In this document: in pieces, positions 1 to 8,189 of the stretch
Numbering within the stretch: position 1 is the first letter of the stretch
How the letters are laid out: each line of letters opens with the position of its first letter
Source of the DNA: a virus
Taxonomy: Duplodnaviria; Caudoviricetes
Reading direction: 5' to 3' (one strand)
Length of the DNA stretch: 64,000 nucleotides
IMG/VR virus record: IMGVR_UViG_3300031420_000495
Coordinates: 32,001 to 96,000 of that record
Position numbers and translations under genes: made by a program
The notes under the pieces: generated by a model
The model's input: the letters and a program-made list of their open reading frames with translations, nothing else
Database searches by the model: none
Told to the model about the DNA's origin: nothing

Positions 1-1420
1 CGCGTTCTTCTTTGAGCATGACTTCGTTCATCTGGATTTCGTCGTCGGTCAGGCCGAGGTAACGTTTCTGGATGAAGCGACGGGACAGAGTTTTCTCTGC
101 AGCAATGTTGTTGTACGAGCTGATCAGGTCGGCGTCAAGCGCTGCCTGACGATACAGTGCGAAGTTAGCTGGGTCAGGAAGTTTGATCTTGAAGATTTCG
201 TCATCGATCTTCAGGCCAACAACCTTCAAATAAATCTTGAACTCTTCGTCGAAGATTTCGTCCAGGCGATCCTGGAGACGACGAATGAACTGCGCGAAGC
301 GAAGTTCTTCGATGTACGCGATACCAACCTTGCCGTCGTTGTACTGTGCACCGGCTCCGTCTGTACCTGTCATGTACGAGGTCGGGATACGAAGACCGCG
401 GAAGATTTTGTCCTGGAACAGTTTGATAAGGCCAGTACCGAAGTCCTCAGTACCGCCCGGCAGAGTTTCTACACGGGAACCGCGACCAGCAGCCGTTACC
501 GGGAAGAACAGGTCTTCCTGGATTGAGGTTGCATCGTATTGGCCGTCGACAATTTCCTTGCCGTTGTTCTGTCCTGGCGTACGCTTCTGGCGCATCTCAT
601 TCTTGATCTGCTCCAGGTATTGCTTGACACGCTGTGGTGGCATGTTACCAACGTCGACGTAGAAGACGCGACGTTCAGGTGCACGGACGATACGGTAAAT
701 GATGACAGCGTCTTCCAGCATAGCCAGCTGGCGGTAGACGCGGTGGATTGGACGCAGGACAGAGTTACCGAACGGAGCCGAGTCGCCCATGTCGTCCGAC
801 AGCGTGAAGTGAATCATCGCTGCGGCCGGGACGATTTCCAACGTTTCAGTCTTCATGCCGTATCCGCTCGAAGCATTGCCTGGGCGTTTCAAGTGATACG
901 CAATCTTGTTGCCGAGCTGGTCGATTTCGATACCGTGAACGAGCGACGGGTCGACAGCAGTCCATTGCTTCGTGTCCGACAGCTTGCGGAAGAAACAGTC
1001 GCCGTACTTAATCATCTGGCGCGCGATCGAGAAGATGCGCTTGTTGAATTGCTGGGTGTTCGACCACTGACGAACAGCCTGACGAAGCGTCACGGCAGTT
1101 GTGTCACTGATTTCCTGGTTGTCTTCTTTCTGGTATACAATCTCGAATGGCAGTCCTGTCTTCTCGTCCTTGCCTGACATTTCTTCTGCGATGATGTCAA
1201 GCGAACGGAAAATATCGATGTCCGCGTCCATTGCGTCGTATTGTTTGTACGAAGCCTGACGCGAACCGAGACCACGAAGAACTTGTGAGTACCACTGGAC
1301 TGATGTCATCGATGACAAGTCGGTGGTGCGGGGATCGTATGCATCAATCGACAGCGTCGTGTAAAGTTGCTTACGCGACGCCGGAGTGATGATCCTCCAC
1401 CAATTTGTTAGTTGTGCGAT
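1..1420 (-). CDS. gp20: Portal vertex protein (T4 gp20 family), 3' end beyond window; proposed ATC start at 1420
   Basis: Manual translation gives an open frame from 1420 to the window edge: AQLTNWWRIITP...YDAMDADIDIFRSLDIIAEE...MLEDAVIIYRIVRAPERRVFYVDVGNMP...QEDLFFP...GRGSRVETLPGG, the gp20 signature. Absent from the ORF track. First in-frame ATG is at 1309. Confidence 0.95.
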   Translation of the reverse strand, partial: MAQLTNWWRIITPASRKQLYTTLSIDAYDPRTTDLSSMTSVQWYSQVLRGLGSRQASYKQYDAMDADIDIFRSLDIIAEEMSGKDEKTGLPFEIVYQKEDNQEISDTTAVTLRQAVRQWSNTQQFNKRIFSIARQMIKYGDCFFRKLSDTKQWTAVDPSLVHGIEIDQLGNKIAYHLKRPGNASSGYGMKTETLEIVPAAAMIHFTLSDDMGDSAPFGNSVLRPIHRVYRQLAMLEDAVIIYRIVRAPERRVFYVDVGNMPPQRVKQYLEQIKNEMRQKRTPGQNNGKEIVDGQYDATSIQEDLFFPVTAAGRGSRVETLPGGTEDFGTGLIKLFQDKIFRGLRIPTSYMTGTDGAGAQYNDGKVGIAYIEELRFAQFIRRLQDRLDEIFDEEFKIYLKVVGLKIDDEIFKIKLPDPANFALYRQAALDADLISSYNNIAAEKTLSRRFIQKRYLGLTDDEIQMNEVMLKEER

Positions 1421-1438
1421 GATCGCTCTCCTTTAGCT

Positions 1439-4400
1439 TTATCCTGTATATCGACCGCCTTGGAGCAAATCGAATTTCACTTCATTATTCAATGGAAACA
1501 CTGGACGTCCAGATGCAGCAGCGATGGCAGCAATGCCAACAGCTTGAGCTTGTTCCGATGTCAGCATGCTTGTAAGCACTTGATTCATCGCAACGAGTTG
1601 CGCGATAATCGCGTCATTGCCTGTGGTTGTAGCCGCAGTGGTTGCCGCAGTATTTGCAGCAGCTGCTTGGGTTGCAGCTTGCGTTTCTGGACTATTTACA
1701 GTTGGTTGAGTGACGTTTTTTACAGGAGATGGTGCAGGAGCTGCAATTGTTTGCGCAGTTGAAAGAATATTCGTCGCAATGCCTTGTGTGCTGCTGAGGA
1801 TGCCTGCGTTTGCCGTGTTGATTGTTTGTTGAGCAGCAACAGTCTTATCAGCCTGCGCTTTGGATGCGTTGGCAACTTCTGTCTTCTTGTCGATTTCCTC
1901 TTTGCTCTTCGCACCGATCGAAGCGACGGTCGCTTTGTTGTCGGACAAGAGTTTATCCAGCACACCGTTGCTATCACCTGCAGCCTTTTCGAAATACTCT
2001 GTCGTCTTCTTGCTGAAGCCAGGAATCCAGTCGGTTGCCCAGGCAAACATTTTCAGCAGGCCAGTCTTCAGCATAACGCCAACAACGTTCAGCGCGTTCT
2101 CAACGTGGAGTCCATCGTTAGAGAAGAAGCTGAACAGCCAGTCGACTGCTTTACCAACACCGCCGATGAATCCGTTGAAGATCGCGAACGCAGCGTTACC
2201 AATCATTTCGCCCCAGGTCGCATTGCCACTCGGGTTGAATGCAGCTGTGATTGTGCCTGTGAACAGTTCGCTGACAGCATCCCATATCGCCATCAGAACC
2301 GGAATACGACGGAGCAATCCGCCGATGATGCCACTACCCATTGCGTTGAAGAAACCACCGAATGTGTTGCCAAGAGAACTCAGCCATCCACCGACAGTCG
2401 AGCCGACCGATCCGAAGATGCGGCTAACACCACCCAGTGCTCCAGAGATACTTGGGACAGCTCCGCGAATTGTTGGGATGAGGTTCGAGAACCATCCACC
2501 GACTGTGCTGATTGCGTTCATGACAGTTGGCGCAATGCCTCGCATTGTGGTTGCGAAGTTGCTAAGACCAATGCTGATCCTGTCGAAGATTGACAATGGA
2601 CCAGAGAAGAATCCGCGAACAGTTGCAGCCGCGTTTGAGATGAATGCAGGAACGCCTCGCATCGTAGTTGCGAAGTTGCTGAATGCAATGCTGATTCGGT
2701 CAAAGAGCGAAAGCGTTCCGCTCAACGGTCCGCCGCCGCGGATGAATGCGGACAGACGACTAATTCCGCTTGTCAACATTCCAACTGTACCGGAAATGAT
2801 TCGGCTGAATGTTGGGAAGAGACGCGACAACACACCACCGGCTGCTCCGCCAGCACCGGCACCAGGAACAGCCGCAGGGATGACACGACGAATAACCGCC
2901 GCAGTCAATTCACCGATCAGCCCACCAATTGCGCCAACACCAAGAGCCTTGATGATTGTATTCTTTTCCAGACCTTCAAGCCATGCATTTAGGCGACCCG
3001 TTGCTTTCAGCAGGTCACTTGTGCCTTTTGCAAAGTCTCGATTAACGCCGGCTGGACCAGAGTCAGCGGTCAGTGCAACATTACCTGCCTTCTTTAGAAC
3101 ATCACCGATGCCAGACGAATCAAGTGCAGCCTGCATTTGCTCTGCGATGTTTTCCTGGGCGATGTTGCCAGATTGCATGGCACGCTGCATCGCGGCTTGA
3201 AGTGGGCCTGCAAGTGCTACGACTTCTCGATCCTCGTCAGCAGTGCGAATCTTCCGGCGAGACAGATCAGCAAGACGCGATGTAGCTGCTGGGTCCATGC
3301 CAAACAATGCACCAGCCTGATTGATACGGCCTGCGGCTTCGAAACGTTTCGGTGCGGTAAGGTTACGGGTTGCGATCAGCGCATCGCCAAGAGCATCGGA
3401 CGCAGCTTTCGTCGAACCCATCGAGAGACCGATGGACTTTGTTTGAACCAGTTCATTCAGGCGAGCAGCACGCTGTGCTGGCGCCATACCCAACAGCTGG
3501 GATTGAACGGTCTGATTGGTTGCCAGACTTTCTGTCAGTGCCTGGAATTGTCCAGCAGTCAGCAGCGACGTTTTACGCAGACGTTCGAATGTATCGATCT
3601 GCGCGTTCGTTGCGTCGGTCAGGCGTTCTTGCGGAATGCCGAGTGCAGTTGTTGAACTTGCAAGCGACGCCGAAAGCTTCGTGGCTTCAGCACCGAAGAT
3701 GCCGAGGTTTTCCAGACGATCACGAGAAACCTGAAGCGTCTTATTGAATTCAGCCATCGACCCGGAACGGGTTACGGCAACGCTCGATGCTTGAAGAACG
3801 GCAGTATATTCCCTCAGCGACATGCCGGAGCGAGCAGCATCGATGTACAGCCCACCCAAAGCAGACGATGCTTGAATACCAGCAGATTGCAGGTAAAGAA
3901 TATCTTGTACAACTGGAACGATCGCAGTTGAAAGCGCAACGGTGAAACCGATCAGCGCTTTCGATGCACCACCAAGACGATTTGTCAGGTCGGAGACCGC
4001 ATTGGCCAAACGACCACGCTGTGGCCTTGGACCGAAGTCTGCTGGCCCGTTGATACGCGCATCGGGTCCTCCAACACCGCCACCAATTGGACGAGCAGCT
4101 TCACGTGCATCGCGAATTGCCTGGCCAATCGTTCCAGTGAGTCCTGGTCCCAGGTCACGAAGGAACTTCGGCAGTGCAGCCCATGGATCAGTGTTGTAAC
4201 GTGGACGCGGAGGAGTCGGTGTACGAGGCGGTGTCGGTGGAGCTGGCGGAGCAGCCGGACGCGCTGGCGGTACTGGTGCAGGCGGTGGAGTTGGCGTAGG
4301 TGCAGGCAGTGTCCGTGGCATCGAACGCATGGTTCGATTCATCGAGACGAAGTGACCACGCGTCGAGAAAATCGTTTTGTTCAGGTCATTGAAACCACGG

Positions 4401-4645
4401 TTCAACGTCTGTGTTGAGTTCGTGATTTCCTTCAGCGCAGCAGTTGCCGCACGGAATACTTTCTTTTGGTCGCTCGCATCACGGTCAATTGGTCCACGCG
4501 AACCTCCACGCCGACCGCTTCCGCTGCCAGCGTTTGCTCCACCCGCAACGGTCGGTGCACGGCCAAGACCAGAGGTCACGCTTCCGTTTGCCAGTGCCTT
4601 CTCGATCCGTTTGAGGGTAGCGAGGATGTCGTCTTCAACTGCCAT
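1439..4645 (-). CDS. Tape measure protein candidate
   Basis: About 1070 aa, Ala/Gly-rich and helical, with amphipathic repeats (FDRISIAFSNFATTMRG twice). Lies next to a tail-chaperone-like pair. Start at 4645 (MAVEDD) or 4660. Confidence 0.65.
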   Translation of the reverse strand: MAVEDDILATLKRIEKALANGSVTSGLGRAPTVAGGANAGSGSGRRGGSRGPIDRDASDQKKVFRAATAALKEITNSTQTLNRGFNDLNKTIFSTRGHFVSMNRTMRSMPRTLPAPTPTPPPAPVPPARPAAPPAPPTPPRTPTPPRPRYNTDPWAALPKFLRDLGPGLTGTIGQAIRDAREAARPIGGGVGGPDARINGPADFGPRPQRGRLANAVSDLTNRLGGASKALIGFTVALSTAIVPVVQDILYLQSAGIQASSALGGLYIDAARSGMSLREYTAVLQASSVAVTRSGSMAEFNKTLQVSRDRLENLGIFGAEATKLSASLASSTTALGIPQERLTDATNAQIDTFERLRKTSLLTAGQFQALTESLATNQTVQSQLLGMAPAQRAARLNELVQTKSIGLSMGSTKAASDALGDALIATRNLTAPKRFEAAGRINQAGALFGMDPAATSRLADLSRRKIRTADEDREVVALAGPLQAAMQRAMQSGNIAQENIAEQMQAALDSSGIGDVLKKAGNVALTADSGPAGVNRDFAKGTSDLLKATGRLNAWLEGLEKNTIIKALGVGAIGGLIGELTAAVIRRVIPAAVPGAGAGGAAGGVLSRLFPTFSRIISGTVGMLTSGISRLSAFIRGGGPLSGTLSLFDRISIAFSNFATTMRGVPAFISNAAATVRGFFSGPLSIFDRISIGLSNFATTMRGIAPTVMNAISTVGGWFSNLIPTIRGAVPSISGALGGVSRIFGSVGSTVGGWLSSLGNTFGGFFNAMGSGIIGGLLRRIPVLMAIWDAVSELFTGTITAAFNPSGNATWGEMIGNAAFAIFNGFIGGVGKAVDWLFSFFSNDGLHVENALNVVGVMLKTGLLKMFAWATDWIPGFSKKTTEYFEKAAGDSNGVLDKLLSDNKATVASIGAKSKEEIDKKTEVANASKAQADKTVAAQQTINTANAGILSSTQGIATNILSTAQTIAAPAPSPVKNVTQPTVNSPETQAATQAAAANTAATTAATTTGNDAIIAQLVAMNQVLTSMLTSEQAQAVGIAAIAAASGRPVFPLNNEVKFDLLQGGRYTG

Positions 4646-4665
4646 TTTTCGGCTTTCCATAATAT

Positions 4666-4689
4666 GATAAATACTGATGTATATTTATC
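4666..4689. promoter_or_regulatory. Pair of overlapping, oppositely oriented late promoters (GATAAATA + at 4666-4673; GATAAATA - at 4689-4682)
   Basis: GATAAATA-ctgatgta-TATTTATC lies between two divergent tail genes and matches the T4 gp55-type TATAAATA element. Confidence 0.75.
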
Positions 4690-4702
4690 GCATGGAGAAA
4701 AT

Positions 4703-5539
4703 ATGGAAAACCAAACAAATCCGTTGCTTGCCAAGATCAAACTTCCTGGCCGCACGTTCCAACTGCCATCACGTGGCGCACTGTATCAAAATGGTGAAGT
4801 GGCAAGCGCTGAAGGTGAAGTGCACGTTCACCCGATGTCAGCACTGGCAGAAATTTCTCTGAAGAATCCAGACTTGCTGTTCAACGGCAAAGCACTGAAT
4901 TCAGTATTCGCTGAATGCATTCCAGAAATCAAGAAGCCAACAGAACTGTACGGCCGTGACATCGACGCGATCATGTTCTATCTGCGCTTGGTTACATACG
5001 GCCCAGAGTTCGAGATTCGTGTTCGCCACGATTGCGAAGAATCAAAACTGCTCGATGATGCTGGTCAACCACGTGTTGACAAAGAAGGTGAACCAATTCA
5101 CCGTGAGCATTCGTACATCGTGAACATTGAAGAAATGGTGCAACGCATTCGTTTCCTCGACCCAACACAAACTGAAGAGTTTCAATGCACCATGCCGAAC
5201 GGCCAGGTTGTGAAGGTTCACCCGGTGAAGTTCGAGCACATGATTAAGCTGTTCCAGATGAACATGGGCAAACAGGAATTCACGGCTGATGACATCAAGC
5301 GCAACGTGGTGTTCAACCTCGTCAACCTGATTGAATCGGTTGATGGCATCACTGACAAGAAGTTGATTAGTGAGTGGGTGTCTAGCATCACGACCCCGTA
5401 TCAGAATCGAATCACCGAAGTGATTGAGAAAACAAATGACTGGGGCCCAGAACAGACCACGAACCTCATTTGCAAGGATTGCAAGCACGAAATGCCTGTT
5501 GAACTGCCGCTCAACCCAATCTCTTTTTTCACAGAGTGA
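4703..5539 (+). CDS. T4 gp26-like baseplate hub subunit / tail assembly chaperone
   Basis: MENQTNPLLAKIKLPGRTFQLPSRGALY, C-terminal CxxC (CKDC) and ...NPISFF. SD GGAG precedes ATG 4703. The track's 4466 start is an artefact. Confidence 0.75.
   Translation: MENQTNPLLAKIKLPGRTFQLPSRGALYQNGEVASAEGEVHVHPMSALAEISLKNPDLLFNGKALNSVFAECIPEIKKPTELYGRDIDAIMFYLRLVTYGPEFEIRVRHDCEESKLLDDAGQPRVDKEGEPIHREHSYIVNIEEMVQRIRFLDPTQTEEFQCTMPNGQVVKVHPVKFEHMIKLFQMNMGKQEFTADDIKRNVVFNLVNLIESVDGITDKKLISEWVSSITTPYQNRITEVIEKTNDWGPEQTTNLICKDCKHEMPVELPLNPISFFTE
5524..5530 (+). promoter_or_regulatory. Candidate -1 ribosomal frameshift heptamer T TTT TTC
   Basis: In-frame X XXY YYZ slippery site three codons before the gp26-like stop. 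The -1 frame is open into ORF 5536-5760. Confidence 0.65.
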
Positions 5540-5760
5540 TCTTGTCCGGCGACGTGCGTAGGCGCGACGAAATGATCAACTCCCTTGCATTGGACACAAG
5601 AAATCTGCTCAAAGCTGCATTGGAGATTTCGTACTTCTCCCGAGGAGGATGGCAGTACGAAACCGTATTGAACATGTCCCCGATTGAACGGGACCTCGCC
5701 GTTGAGTTCATCAACAAACGCCTTGAGGCTGCGTCAAAATCTATGTACCCGGTGTACTGA
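5536..5760 (+). CDS. gp51-like small tail/baseplate assembly ORF; probable frameshift extension of the upstream gene
   Basis: ...GWQYETVLNMSPIERDLAVEFINKRLE resembles the T/E'-type tail chaperone extensions. It overlaps the upstream stop in the -1 frame. Confidence 0.65.
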   Translation: MILSGDVRRRDEMINSLALDTRNLLKAALEISYFSRGGWQYETVLNMSPIERDLAVEFINKRLEAASKSMYPVY

Positions 5761-5761
5761 T

Positions 5762-5769
5762 GATAAATA
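5762..5769 (+). promoter_or_regulatory. Late promoter GATAAATA
   Basis: Motif lies 40 nt upstream of ATG 5809. Confidence 0.7.
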
Positions 5770-5808
5770 TGCTGGTACAATTAGAAACCCTCACAGCGAG
5801 AACAACAA

Positions 5809-6360
5809 ATGAAAGTAACTGAACTACTCGAAGCAACCAGTCGCATTGTCGACCTGCGCGACCCAGACGATGCGCCTGGAGCTGTTGATCGTGAAGCCGC
5901 AGCGCGTGCAAAAGGCAAGAGCGATCAAGAAGCCGCAGTCGAGAATCTGAACAAACTCGTGTCGAAATACAAACTCGGTGGCGGCTGGAAAGTCGGAACG
6001 AGTTCGTCGATCGTCGGCACGTTCATCATGCCGGATCACAAGGGTGGAGCAGCGAAGGCCAAGTTCAAGACGAATGCTGGTGCAGCTGAAGCAACGTTGT
6101 GGGTGGCCGGTCGTTACGACGATCTTGTCCTCTCGCTGTATGATGTCGACATGTCGCGCGACCAGAAGAATGCAGCACTGGCGAAAATGAAAGAACTGTT
6201 GCCGGGCGTCTACTTCATGAAAGTACAATCCGACGATCGTCGCGATTTCAAATCCGTGTCATTCCACTTCGGTTATCCGTCGACATTCTCTGACAGCAAG
6301 AAATTTGCTGGCTTGAAGAAGTTCTTCGATTACCTGAAGAAAGAAGCGCAGTTCTCATGA
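5809..6360 (+). CDS. Hypothetical protein with MKVTELLEA leader (putative internal head protein)
   Basis: 183-aa ORF with phage-typical codons. Its leader is identical to that of 61829-62179. Confidence 0.75.
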   Translation: MKVTELLEATSRIVDLRDPDDAPGAVDREAAARAKGKSDQEAAVENLNKLVSKYKLGGGWKVGTSSSIVGTFIMPDHKGGAAKAKFKTNAGAAEATLWVAGRYDDLVLSLYDVDMSRDQKNAALAKMKELLPGVYFMKVQSDDRRDFKSVSFHFGYPSTFSDSKKFAGLKKFFDYLKKEAQFS

Positions 6361-6701
6361 AGGCCTTGCTTCTATCGTTGATGCTCATGTCTTCAGCCGC
6401 AATGGCTCAGGACATGATTACCTGCAAATATGATGGGAGTCAGATCGAGATGAATGCGTGCGCTGTGTGGGATTACAACGCAGCAGATTCGGTGCTCAAC
6501 CAGGAATATCAGAAAACGTTGGAACGTCTTGATGATCCTGGTCGAGATAAGCTTCGCGCAGAACAGCGCGAGTGGATAAAGCGTCGTGATGCTCGTTGCA
6601 AACCGAAGCGCATTGGCAACGGATCGAACTCCACGATCGAGTACTACACCTGCATGCAGAACTTCACGGAAATCCGTTCGCTGCAGCTTAAGACTTGGTA
6701 A
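6357..6701 (+). CDS. Secreted lysozyme-inhibitor LprI (DUF1311)-family protein
   Basis: Signal peptide MKALLLSLMLMSSAAMA and the LprI pattern C...Q.EMN.CA...AD..LN..Y...L...Q..W...RD..C...C. ATGA overlap with the upstream gene. Confidence 0.8.
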   Translation: MKALLLSLMLMSSAAMAQDMITCKYDGSQIEMNACAVWDYNAADSVLNQEYQKTLERLDDPGRDKLRAEQREWIKRRDARCKPKRIGNGSNSTIEYYTCMQNFTEIRSLQLKTW

Positions 6702-7932
6702 GTCTCAGATTCAAACTCTTAATCAGCCCTGGAATATCCTGCAGGTACTCTGCAGGGATTCCGTCAATACCGTCGTGAACCATTACACCATGGCGATCGA
6801 CAGCCTCCCAGATTTTATACCTCGCCTCACGTTCCCATTCGAAATACGACGAGAACACTTGCTTCTGGTTCGCCCGTGACGGGTTGAATCCAAGTTCGCT
6901 CATGCACACGATCTTGCGAGCACGTGCATACTGCTTTGCGATCGCTGACAACCGTTCACCAATGCGAATCAGATTCGATGGTGTAATGTCCTCAGCTGCT
7001 TTGATGATGATGTCTCGTGTGATTGAGTAGCTGCTCGGCCCAACCAGAATGCCCGGAGAAATCTTCGATCCATTGGCAAGGCTCATGCAGATTTTCTTCA
7101 CAACCCCGATATTTTCGTCGTTGTATTCCAGACCGAGGATGTCCATGCAGATTTCTTTCCGCCATTGTTTCTTGTCGCTCAACGAGCGAAGCAAGTCCGG
7201 GAATAGAAGCTGCACCATGTCTACTTGACGGCCGTATGCTTCGTGCACATGCTCCATCAAGTATTGGGTATACGCTGATTCAATATCGATGCCTTCACCG
7301 AACAAAGCTTCACGCAGCCATGATGGCCACGTTTCAACTGCGGCAACAGGCCACACTGACGTGTCGCGGAGTTGAAGCTTTCCTGCCGGAACGAAATAGA
7401 AGTTGACCTCCGGGCTTGGACGATTCAACAACCATTCTACTGGAGCAAGCAGATCGAGCCGACCAGACTTTGTCAGCCTTGCGAGGATTGCGGCTTTGTT
7501 CTGCTGCTGGACGTAAACCTTCGACACGGTTCCTTCCGCCGGCAAAGGCGGAGGAACGTATACGAGTTTTCGAGCAACGATTGGTGCAATGACTTCGGTT
7601 GGAAGTTTGCGTGGGATGACGGTACTGATTTCGTGACGATCGCCTACATGAAAGCCGGTCTGGACGATTTCGAAGAAATAGTCGAAGACGGTTTTGTAAT
7701 CATAGACCCATTCCCGCAGAGACATCAGACGCAAAGGAATTCGGCAGAATCCCAGTGGGTGACCAGACCTGATTGCCGCACGATGAATGTTTGCGAGATA
7801 CAAGATCAGGTCTTGCCTGTCTCGCATCATTCGTGGATGACGGCGGTCAATGTCGGGATAAAAGTTGTTGACGTTCAACGGGTCAAGTGCGTGCAGCTGC
7901 TCAGGGCTGCTCACACGATAGATGATCGTCAT
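6688..7932 (-). CDS. Hypothetical protein with family-A polymerase palm-like motifs
   Basis: Motif A-like GIDIESAY, motif B-like VKKICMSLANG and motif C-like MVHDGI occur in the correct order. No exonuclease domain. Confidence 0.55.
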   Translation of the reverse strand: MTIIYRVSSPEQLHALDPLNVNNFYPDIDRRHPRMMRDRQDLILYLANIHRAAIRSGHPLGFCRIPLRLMSLREWVYDYKTVFDYFFEIVQTGFHVGDRHEISTVIPRKLPTEVIAPIVARKLVYVPPPLPAEGTVSKVYVQQQNKAAILARLTKSGRLDLLAPVEWLLNRPSPEVNFYFVPAGKLQLRDTSVWPVAAVETWPSWLREALFGEGIDIESAYTQYLMEHVHEAYGRQVDMVQLLFPDLLRSLSDKKQWRKEICMDILGLEYNDENIGVVKKICMSLANGSKISPGILVGPSSYSITRDIIIKAAEDITPSNLIRIGERLSAIAKQYARARKIVCMSELGFNPSRANQKQVFSSYFEWEREARYKIWEAVDRHGVMVHDGIDGIPAEYLQDIPGLIKSLNLRLTKS

Positions 7933-7938
7933 GTCGAA

Positions 7939-8142
7939 TTACTTCACCGAGGTTTGGCGTTCGTGTTTCTTCAGGTGACGGTAGATACCGCGCAGCGAAT
8001 CCGGACGATTGATGATCGTGCTGGACAGATGCGATTGCGGTGCGTAGACGCGGTCGAGGGAAACCGAGCGACCGGCATCGATCATGTATGCAGCCATCTT
8101 GACTGCTTCGCGGCGAAGTTGTTTTGCGTGTTTTGCGTTCAT
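7939..8142 (-). CDS. Small basic hypothetical protein (early)
   Basis: 67 aa with SD GGAG, preceded by an extended -10 (TGcTACAAT). Confidence 0.7.
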   Translation of the reverse strand: MNAKHAKQLRREAVKMAAYMIDAGRSVSLDRVYAPQSHLSSTIINRPDSLRGIYRHLKKHERQTSVK

Positions 8143-8145
8143 AAA

Positions 8146-8186
8146 AGCTCCGTGGTTATTGAAAGGACGACGGAGCTATTGTAGCA
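8146..8186 (-). promoter_or_regulatory. Extended -10 promoter plus RBS-sequestering hairpin
   Basis: TGcTACAAT at 8186-8178. The inverted repeat AGCTCCGT (8146-8153 / 8170-8177) covers the GGAG SD. Confidence 0.6.
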
Positions 8187-8189
8187 CGT

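Noticed and set aside
4466-4702. N-terminal extension of the gp26-like ORF in the track (similar over-long starts at 10463, 27721, 41352, 44666, 48858)
   Set aside because: They overlap neighbouring genes or promoters; a downstream ATG with an SD or coupling fits better.
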